From Arenicellales bacterium (lineage in GTDB: Bacteria > Pseudomonadota > Gammaproteobacteria > Arenicellales > JAJDZL01), in contig CBDAUN010000003.1 of NCBI GenBank assembly GCA_965200645.1, positions 519,718 to 583,717 of the forward strand: a stretch of DNA of 64,000 nucleotides, given 5' to 3'. The translations under genes and the position numbers were made by a program. Positions 55,670 through 64,000 of the stretch are shown here, piece after piece. The notes beneath the pieces were generated by a model. That model did not search any database, was not told the DNA's origin, and saw nothing but the letters and a program-made list of their open reading frames with translations. The first letter of the stretch is position 1, and every line of letters begins with the position of its first letter.

Positions 55670-58039
55670 CTATGTTCTTAGTTGTACCTTTAATGTTGTT
55701 TGCAAACAGTTCACGATTTCGTTGATTTTGAAATCAACTTCAGAATCCGTGAGTGTGCGTGACTTTAACCGAAATTTTAACCTATAGGCCAAACTTTTCC
55801 TATTAGAATCAATACCTACACCCGAATATACATCAAACAACTTTAACGTCTCCAATGCATCCCCAGCAGAATCAATGATAACCTCGCTCACTTTTCCCGC
55901 CTGCACATTGTTATCTACTACAATCGAAATATCCCGCATTATTGGCGGAAACTTGGAAATAGAGGAGTACTTGCTCACCGGACGTTCAGAAATAGAGCCT
56001 AAGGTAATCTCAAATACATAAATTAATTCTTCTATTCCATCTTCGCGTAATACATCAGGATGAAGTTGACCAGCAGCTCCAATCTTTTGATCATCCAAGT
56101 AAATGCCTGCACTGCAACCCGGGTGAAGCCCGTCGCAAGCCTCTGTCCTAAACTCCACCAAATCAATAATTCCTGCTAAATCAAATAGTTTCGAAACATC
56201 GTTCTTAATATCGTAGAAGTCAATTGAACGATTCGAAACTCCCCAGTGATCCTCAACATAACTACCGGATGCTAGGCCACTGAGCATGTTGTGTTCTCCG
56301 TCTGGATGAAAGATTCGCCCAATTTCGTAGAGTCGAACACTCTTTTGCAATCTACGATAATTCTCACAATATGCTTGAACTAATCCAGGCCAAATACTTG
56401 TTCTCATTACAGACATATTGCTTGCAATTGGATTAGCCAACGATTTGGCTTGGATTGATGGGCGTATTTTTTTTTGCAGCCGAGGATCTACAAAACTGTA
56501 GGTGATGGCTTCAAAATATCCAGACTGCTCCATGCAGTGACGAATCGTTGACTCCTTTAATACGGATTCCGCAATTCTTGTCGGCCTGGTTTGCCCAAAT
56601 CGAACTGAACTTGGAATTGAATCGTAACCGCTGATACGGGCTATTTCTTCTATTTGATCGTGCTCTGCGTCCAAGTCAAATCGATACGAGGGCGGTCGCA
56701 CACTCCAACCCCCTTGCACATTCTTTACGTCTTCATTAACCTGTTCTAGAATCGAATGAATTTCATCACCGGATAACTTGATACCTAGCACACGTTCAAC
56801 ACGAGATGCTCTAACATTGCACCGAGATTTTTGCGGGAAGTACTCTTCGTTTGAAATATTTTGTAGCGGTGCTGGAGTTCCCCCTGCGACTTGTAAAATC
56901 AGATCAGTTGCACGTTCCATTGCTTTGACCTGAAGAACAGGATCAACTCCACGTTCAAAACGGTGCGATGCATCAGTGTGAAGTCCAAAACTTGCAACGG
57001 AATGCCTGATGGTTAGCGGTGAAAAAAATGCCGCCTCGAGAAACACATTCTGAGTTGAACTTGATATCGCACTGGACTTACCACCTTTCACGCCAGCCAA
57101 TCCAATTGGCTTATCCGGATCTGCTATCAGTAACGACCCATCCTTCAAATCGAGCTCCTCGCCATCCAGCAAGGTCAATTTTTCACCCTTTTTGGATAAC
57201 CGAACCACGATTTCAGCAGGATCGAGCAAATCCATGTCAAACGCATGCATGGGTTGACCCAACTCCAGCATGACATAGTTGGTAATATCTACGATAGGAT
57301 GAATGCAGCGCAAATTACTTCGTTGCAGCCTTTGTTTTATCCAATCAGGCGTCACTGCATCCAGTCGAATGTTCTCAATGACCCGACCGACATATCTTGG
57401 GCAATCTGCTGGCGCTTGGATATCAATCGGCATGGTGTTGTTGGATTGGGCAGGAACTGCAATTTCCAATGGTGCCTTCATACACTGGCCACTGATTATT
57501 GCAACTTCCCTGGCAACACCAATAACACTGTTGCAATCGGAGCGATTTGGCGTAAGAGACAAATCGAATATAGAGTCATTCAACTGCAAATACTCATTCA
57601 CTGTGATACCGATTGGCGCATCTGCATGAAATTCAGCAACCCCATCTGCAATGTCCCCTATTCCGAGCTCAGCCTCTGAACAGAGCATCCCACTTGACTC
57701 TACTCCTTGAATTGTTGTCGGTTTGACCGACCTGCCATCGCCAACCACACTTCCCGCAAGAGCTACGGCACCCTTCATATGAGTGCGGACATTGTTAGCA
57801 CCGCAAACTACCTGGACTACTTCATCACTTCCGACAGCAACCTCGCAGATTAGGAGTTTTGATGAACTTTCGTGTGGGCGTCTTGACCTCACTTGTCCTA
57901 CGACAACACGAGGGTCACATAGATTAACTGGTGTGAGCTGCTCTACTTCCAGTCCAGCCATAGTAAGTTGTGCGGACAAATCCTCAAGTGATAGTCCGTG
58001 GTCGACCCACTGTTGAAGCCATTGCGCACTAATTTGCAT
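55670..58039 (-). CDS. pheT: Phenylalanine-tRNA ligase beta subunit
   Basis: CGANN, SSGMLCSEAELG, LTPNRSD, RFERGVD, RDISIVV ferredoxin-like tail. Confidence 0.97.
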   Translation of the reverse strand: MQISAQWLQQWVDHGLSLEDLSAQLTMAGLEVEQLTPVNLCDPRVVVGQVRSRRPHESSSKLLICEVAVGSDEVVQVVCGANNVRTHMKGAVALAGSVVGDGRSVKPTTIQGVESSGMLCSEAELGIGDIADGVAEFHADAPIGITVNEYLQLNDSIFDLSLTPNRSDCNSVIGVAREVAIISGQCMKAPLEIAVPAQSNNTMPIDIQAPADCPRYVGRVIENIRLDAVTPDWIKQRLQRSNLRCIHPIVDITNYVMLELGQPMHAFDMDLLDPAEIVVRLSKKGEKLTLLDGEELDLKDGSLLIADPDKPIGLAGVKGGKSSAISSSTQNVFLEAAFFSPLTIRHSVASFGLHTDASHRFERGVDPVLQVKAMERATDLILQVAGGTPAPLQNISNEEYFPQKSRCNVRASRVERVLGIKLSGDEIHSILEQVNEDVKNVQGGWSVRPPSYRFDLDAEHDQIEEIARISGYDSIPSSVRFGQTRPTRIAESVLKESTIRHCMEQSGYFEAITYSFVDPRLQKKIRPSIQAKSLANPIASNMSVMRTSIWPGLVQAYCENYRRLQKSVRLYEIGRIFHPDGEHNMLSGLASGSYVEDHWGVSNRSIDFYDIKNDVSKLFDLAGIIDLVEFRTEACDGLHPGCSAGIYLDDQKIGAAGQLHPDVLREDGIEELIYVFEITLGSISERPVSKYSSISKFPPIMRDISIVVDNNVQAGKVSEVIIDSAGDALETLKLFDVYSGVGIDSNRKSLAYRLKFRLKSRTLTDSEVDFKINEIVNCLQTTLKVQLRT

Positions 58040-58059
58040 AATTCTATCTGACTGACAAC

Positions 58060-59130
<1,071 letters not shown>

Positions 59131-59157
59131 TTAGAATGTTACAGAAGTATGCGCCCG

Positions 59158-59517
59158 TCAATTACTGAGCGCAAACTTAGCTTTATCCGCTAAATGGGAA
59201 AAAGTCTCCTTATCTGTAACTGCAATGTAAGCTAGGGTTTTGCGGTCCAGGTCAATGCTGGAGCGTTTTAAACCATTCATAAAAGAACTGTAATTCAAGC
59301 CGCACTCGCGCGCTGCGGCATTGATGCGCATGATCCAAAGAGATCGAAAATCGCGCTTTTTGCGACGACGATCACGATAGGCATATTGCCCAGCTTTAGT
59401 GACGGCTTGTTTCGCTACCCGAAATACATTTTTTCGGGCACCACGATAACCTTTCGCCTGAGCAATGACTTTCTTATGTTTCGCTCTTGCCGTGACTCCA
59501 CGTTTGACCCTTGGCAT
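59158..59517 (-). CDS. rplT: 50S ribosomal protein L20
   Basis: [24 protein letters not shown]. Confidence 0.98.
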   Translation of the reverse strand: MPRVKRGVTARAKHKKVIAQAKGYRGARKNVFRVAKQAVTKAGQYAYRDRRRKKRDFRSLWIMRINAAARECGLNYSSFMNGLKRSSIDLDRKTLAYIAVTDKETFSHLADKAKFALSN

Positions 59518-59535
59518 AACAGTTCCTCAGTGGCG

Positions 59536-59733
59536 TTAAGCGTACGGAAGCATGCGTTGCACCCGATCAGTATCGCTGGGATGCATAATTGCTCCTTTCC
59601 TCAAATTACGCTTTCGTTTAGGTGATTTTTTTGTAAGTATGTGCGACGTATGCGACTGCGAACGCTTGAATTTTCCGCTCGCTGTTTTCTTAAATCGCTT
59701 GGCGGCGCCACGCTTTGTCTTAATCTTTGGCAT
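59536..59733 (-). CDS. rpmI: 50S ribosomal protein L35
   Basis: [17 protein letters not shown]. Confidence 0.98.
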   Translation of the reverse strand: MPKIKTKRGAAKRFKKTASGKFKRSQSHTSHILTKKSPKRKRNLRKGAIMHPSDTDRVQRMLPYA

Positions 59734-59763
59734 TTTTCGAACTAATGTGTTTAACTAATTTTC

Positions 59764-60288
59764 TTACTTCTTTTGTTTCAACGGTACGAAAATCATGATT
59801 AATTGTCTACCTTCCAAAGCCGGTCCGTGTTCTACCTGGGCTTCCTCGGCCAAATCGCTCTCTACGCGCCTTAACATATCGTGCCCAAGATCCTGGTGGA
59901 CTAACTCTCGGCCACGAAAACGCATCGTGACCTTAACTTTGTGACCATCAGACAGAAATGTCTTAAGCCGTTTTACCTTTACGTCATAGTCGCCTATGTC
60001 AGTGCCGGGGCGGAACTTGATTTCTTTCAGAACGAACTGCTTTTGTTTGCGCTTTTGCTCATGGCGCTTTTTGCTGGCTGCATATCGGAACTTTCCATAA
60101 TCCATTAACCGACACACAGGTGGTTCTGCTTTAGGTGAAATTTCAACTAGATCCAAATCAACTTCTGTTGCATGATTGATCGCTTCTTCGAGCGACATCA
60201 CCCCTACCTGATTTCCATTTTCACCAATCAATCTCACAGTATCTACAGAAATCTGCTCATTGACTCGGTGTAATCTTTCAGTGGCCGT
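59764..60288 (-). CDS. infC: Translation initiation factor IF-3; predicted non-canonical ACG start at 60288
   Basis: KEIKFRP, KVKVTMRFRGRE; in-frame upstream extension (T)ATERLHRVNEQI; GGAGG at 60296-60300, 7 nt before ACG. Confidence 0.93.
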   Translation of the reverse strand, partial: TATERLHRVNEQISVDTVRLIGENGNQVGVMSLEEAINHATEVDLDLVEISPKAEPPVCRLMDYGKFRYAASKKRHEQKRKQKQFVLKEIKFRPGTDIGDYDVKVKRLKTFLSDGHKVKVTMRFRGRELVHQDLGHDMLRRVESDLAEEAQVEHGPALEGRQLIMIFVPLKQKK

Positions 60289-60315
60289 TGTATATCCTCC
60301 AATAAATAAACAAAA

Positions 60316-62217
60316 TTAAAGTCTTATCTCGTTGTGAATCAAACTCGCAAGGGAATCGAGCGACATTGTTCCTAGATCTTTTCCATCTCTTGTGCGTACA
60401 GCAACGACGTCATCGGAAACCTCGCGATCTCCAATCACAACTAGATATGGAATCTTCTGCATGGTTTGCTCTCTTATCTTAAAGCCAATCTTCTCATTTC
60501 GCAAGTCTAATATTGCTCTAAAGCCCAATTTTTTCAAGTTTTTCAGCACCTTTGTAGAATATTCGCTTTGCTTTTCAGAAATATTCAGCACAGCAACCTG
60601 AACAGGTGCCAGCCACACCGGAAACTTTCCAGCATGCTCTTCAATCAATATGCCAACAAATCGCTCCAAGGAACCAAGTATGGCTCGATGAATCATTACC
60701 GGCACTTGCTTGCTACCATCAGATTCAATGTATTCCGCTCCGAGTCTGCCCGGCATGGAGAAATCAAGTTGGATGGTGCCACACTGCCACTTTCTTCCGA
60801 TGCAGTCGTTCAACACAAAATCAATCTTCGGCCCATAAAATGCACCCTCGCCTTCTTGGGTCACGAATTCAATGCCACCTTCACGTAGCACTTCATCCAG
60901 AGCCGATTCCGCTCGATCCCACAACTCATCACTTCCAACTCTTTTTTCAGGTCGAGTAGATAGTGCAACCGCAATATCCTGAAAACCAAAATCTCGATAA
61001 ACACGAAATGCAATTTCAATCAGTTGTTCTACCTCTCGCTTAATTTGATCTTCAGTGCAAAATACGTGCGCGTCATCTTGGGTAAACCTGCGAACTCGCA
61101 ATAATCCGTGCAATGTTCCTGAAGCTTCGTAGCGGTGCACGACACCAAACTCCGCAATTTTCAACGGCAGATTTCGGTAGCTGCGTAGGCCTTGATTGAA
61201 GACTTGAACATGTCCGGGACAGTTCATTGGCTTTAAGGCATAAGCACGTTCTTCAATTTCCGTTGTGAACATGTTTTCCTTGAAAGTCTCCCAGTGACCT
61301 GATCTTTCCCACAGAGATCGATCGATTAACTGAGGAGTGTGCACTTCTATGTATCCGTAATCGGAGATCAAACCGCGCATATAGGTCTCAACGCGGCGAA
61401 ACAATTGCCAGCCACGTTCATGCCAAAAAACCATTCCAGGTGCTTCATCCTGAAAATGAAACAAATCCAGTTCTCGGCCAAGTCTGCGGTGGTCACGTCG
61501 CTGTGCTTCTTCAAGCTGATGCAGATATTGCTTTAGGTCGGATTCGGTTGACCATGCAGTACCATAAATTCGCTGCAGCATTTCATTATTAGAATCACCA
61601 CGCCAATAAGCACCGGCCACTTTCGTAAGTTTAAATGCCTTTAGGTGACTGGTATTTGGTACGTGTGGGCCACGACACAAATCCACGAAATCTCCTTGTT
61701 CATAAAAGGATATTTGTTCACCTTCAGGGAGGTCACGAATGATCTCAGCCTTGTATTTCTCTCCCATCTGCTGAAACTTATTAATCGCCTCTTCCCTTGG
61801 CAGTACGAATCGATTGACTTCGAATCCTTCGGCTGCTAATGACTTCATCCGTTGTTCAATTTTGACTAAATCTTCTTCCGTGAATCCACGTTCATAGGCA
61901 AAATCGTAGTAAAAACCATCTTCAATAACTGGACCAATAGTTACCTGAGCGGATGGATAAAGTTGCTTGGTTGCATGCGCTAGCAAATGGGCAGTTGAAT
62001 GACGGATTATCTCAAGCCCTACTTGGTCTTTTCTGGTCAATATTGACAAGTTTGCGTCGTCATCTATTGGATACGACAAATCCACGACTTTATTATCTAC
62101 ACAGCCAGCCAATGCTGCCTTGTGCAGTCCAGGACCAATATCCGCAGCAACGTCTCCGACAGTTACGCTTGCTGCGTAACTTCGTTCAGATCCATCTGGT
62201 AATGTAATGAGCGGCAT
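60316..62217 (-). CDS. thrS: Threonine-tRNA ligase
   Basis: ITLPDGS TGS domain, [32 protein letters not shown]. Confidence 0.98.
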   Translation of the reverse strand: MPLITLPDGSERSYAASVTVGDVAADIGPGLHKAALAGCVDNKVVDLSYPIDDDANLSILTRKDQVGLEIIRHSTAHLLAHATKQLYPSAQVTIGPVIEDGFYYDFAYERGFTEEDLVKIEQRMKSLAAEGFEVNRFVLPREEAINKFQQMGEKYKAEIIRDLPEGEQISFYEQGDFVDLCRGPHVPNTSHLKAFKLTKVAGAYWRGDSNNEMLQRIYGTAWSTESDLKQYLHQLEEAQRRDHRRLGRELDLFHFQDEAPGMVFWHERGWQLFRRVETYMRGLISDYGYIEVHTPQLIDRSLWERSGHWETFKENMFTTEIEERAYALKPMNCPGHVQVFNQGLRSYRNLPLKIAEFGVVHRYEASGTLHGLLRVRRFTQDDAHVFCTEDQIKREVEQLIEIAFRVYRDFGFQDIAVALSTRPEKRVGSDELWDRAESALDEVLREGGIEFVTQEGEGAFYGPKIDFVLNDCIGRKWQCGTIQLDFSMPGRLGAEYIESDGSKQVPVMIHRAILGSLERFVGILIEEHAGKFPVWLAPVQVAVLNISEKQSEYSTKVLKNLKKLGFRAILDLRNEKIGFKIREQTMQKIPYLVVIGDREVSDDVVAVRTRDGKDLGTMSLDSLASLIHNEIRL

Positions 62218-62257
62218 TGTTAGTCTTTTAATTAAGTTTTCTTACTAAAATAATAAT

Positions 62258-62287
62258 CCGGGCAATCAGAACTCTGTTCTCGCCCGG
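62258..62287 (-). terminator. Hairpin between tRNA-Val and thrS (possible terminator or processing site)
   Basis: CCGGGC..AGAAC-tct-GTTCT..GCCCGG bulged stem, followed on the minus strand by ATTATTATTTT. Confidence 0.4.
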
Positions 62288-62317
62288 AGAATAGTCACTA
62301 AATTCAATCAGATAAAG

Positions 62318-62392
62318 TGGTAGGCGCGAGTGGAGTTGAACCACCGACCACTACCATGTCAAGGTAGTGCTCTACCACTGAGCTACGCGCCT
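62318..62392 (-). tRNA. tRNA-Val(GAC)
   Basis: AGGCGCG acceptor stem, CTACC-TTGACAT-GGTAG anticodon arm, GGTTCAACTCC T-loop, encoded CCA; 75 nt. Confidence 0.97.
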
Positions 62393-62531
62393 GTAGGAGC
62401 GAGAAATATACCACTTTCAGCTTGCCCAATCAAGACGCAAACCCTGCCTCAATCGACAACAGAGCCATGTATCAATTGGACTAGATCGAGTGGTCTGAAC
62501 TTATTCAAACACTGAAGTCTAAAAAAGAATC

Positions 62532-64000
62532 TTAACCGACCTCTAACACTCTGCTTCGTAGATCCCGAATCCGGTCCCGAACATCAGCTGCAGCTTCAAA
62601 CTCTAAGTTTGCAGCATGTTTATTCATCTGTTTTTCAAGTTTATTGAGTTCCTTCGAAACCCCTGCCGAATCACTCAAGTCAATAGCTTCATACCTTCTT
62701 TCAGAGTGCCTTTCAGTTTGCAGATTTTTTCCGCCTCTGCGCCTGCCAGTGCTACGCCACTGAACCCCTTCAATAATGTCTTTAACTTCCTTAACGACGG
62801 ATTTTGGTGTTATTTGGTGAATCTCGTTATGTTGCTTTTGCTTTTCTCTACGGCGGTCGGTTTCCTTTATCGCCATGCGCATCGAATCCGTGATGACGTC
62901 GGCATAAAGTATTGCTCTACCATTAACGTTTCTTGCAGTGCGGCCGATCGTTTGAATCAATGAACGTGACGACCTAAGAAATCCCTCCTTGTCTGCATCA
63001 AGAATGGCAACAAGTGATACTTCCGGAAGGTCCAGACCTTCTCTGAGCAAATTAATCCCAACCAAAACATCGAACACACCACTTCTAAGATCGCGCAATA
63101 TTTCAACCCGTTCTACTGTGTCGATATCAGAATGTAAATACCGGACTCGAACATCATGCTCGGACAAATAGTCCGTCAAGTCTTCAGCCATCCGTTTGGT
63201 AAGCGTCGTGGCTAATACTCTTTCACCCTTTTGTGCTCGCTCATTGATTTCTGAAAGCAAGTCATCTACTTGAGTGTAGGCGCTACGTACCTCAACTTCC
63301 GGATCAACCAAGCCGGTCGGTCTGACAACCTGATCAACAAAGTCAGGCGCCTTGTCCATCTCATACGGACCTGGAGTTGCAGACATGAATATGCACTGGG
63401 GCGCCTTCTGTTCAAATTCTTCAAACATAAGCGGACGATTGTCCAATGCCGAACGCAACCTAAATCCGAACTCCACCAGCGTTTCCTTGCGTGACCGGTC
63501 ACCCTTGTACATTGCCCTTAGCTGTGGAATCGTGACGTGGCTTTCATCAACAACCAGCAACGCATCAGAAGGCAAATAATCGATCAACGTGTCCGGGGCT
63601 TCTCCAACTGAGCGTTCCGATAGATGCAGCGAATAGTTTTCGATTCCTGCACAGTAGCCTGTCTCCCTCAGCATTTCTATGTCGTAAGCGGTTCGGTCAG
63701 ATAACCGCTGCGCTTCAACAAGTTTGCCGCGTGCATTGAGTTCATTCAACCTGCTCAACAGTTCACGCTCTATGCGTTCAATCGCCCTATCTATGTTCTC
63801 TCGTGTTGTGACGTAGTGCGTCTTTGGATAGATGGTATAGCGAACTATTTCGTTTCCTACCTCTCCTGTCAAAGGATCAAATAATGATAGATTTTCAATC
63901 TCGTCGTCAAATAGTTCCAGTCTTAAAACAAATCTATCGGAGTCTGCTGGGAAAATGTCGATTATTTCCCCTCTCACCCGGAAAGTTCCGCGGCGTAACT
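62532..64000 (-). CDS. uvrB: Excinuclease ABC subunit B, 5' part outside the window
   Basis: [53 protein letters not shown] tail; the frame stays open to the window edge. Confidence 0.97.
   Translation of the reverse strand, partial: LRRGTFRVRGEIIDIFPADSDRFVLRLELFDDEIENLSLFDPLTGEVGNEIVRYTIYPKTHYVTTRENIDRAIERIERELLSRLNELNARGKLVEAQRLSDRTAYDIEMLRETGYCAGIENYSLHLSERSVGEAPDTLIDYLPSDALLVVDESHVTIPQLRAMYKGDRSRKETLVEFGFRLRSALDNRPLMFEEFEQKAPQCIFMSATPGPYEMDKAPDFVDQVVRPTGLVDPEVEVRSAYTQVDDLLSEINERAQKGERVLATTLTKRMAEDLTDYLSEHDVRVRYLHSDIDTVERVEILRDLRSGVFDVLVGINLLREGLDLPEVSLVAILDADKEGFLRSSRSLIQTIGRTARNVNGRAILYADVITDSMRMAIKETDRRREKQKQHNEIHQITPKSVVKEVKDIIEGVQWRSTGRRRGGKNLQTERHSERRYEAIDLSDSAGVSKELNKLEKQMNKHAANLEFEAAADVRDRIRDLRSRVLEVG

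Overview
This is a chromosomal window from what looks like a marine, sulfur-oxidising gammaproteobacterium (inferred from gene order and gene families). Gene losses from conserved operons and pseudogene debris suggest a host-associated or streamlined lineage. From left to right it contains: (1) a soxXYZA-K-B-W cluster without soxCD, followed by TolC and RND-adaptor genes and preceded by a divergent two-Cys ArsR (SqrR/BigR-like) regulator; (2) two pseudogene remnants and an orphan 2.45-kaa type I PKS (KS-AT-DH-cMT-ER-KR-ACP), then a second SoxW-like protein; (3) a ~17-kb amine-utilisation island. The island encodes an aminoacetone/aminopropanol-utilisation (AAU/RMM-type) bacterial microcompartment: SDR, class III PLP enzyme, APH-fold kinase, BMC-T/H/P/hypothetical/T shell block and acylating aldehyde dehydrogenase. 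The locus is split in two by a TmoXWV-like TMAO ABC transporter and flanked by an AraC regulator and a Pot-like ABC importer; (4) housekeeping mltG-fab-plsX-rpmF-maf-rluC, with no fabD; (5) a decayed IS with passenger genes between rluC and rne; (6) rne, recJ, hom, nlpD, yqaA, a lone amidinotransferase beside tRNA-Pro(GGG), the thrS-infC-rpmI-rplT-pheST-ihfA block, tRNA-Val(GAC) and a window-truncated uvrB. The strongest candidate for an undescribed system is the microcompartment island with its embedded TMAO-type transporter in a sulfur oxidiser. No CRISPR array, rRNA or intact integrase was seen. All family assignments come from motif recognition by eye; no searches were run.
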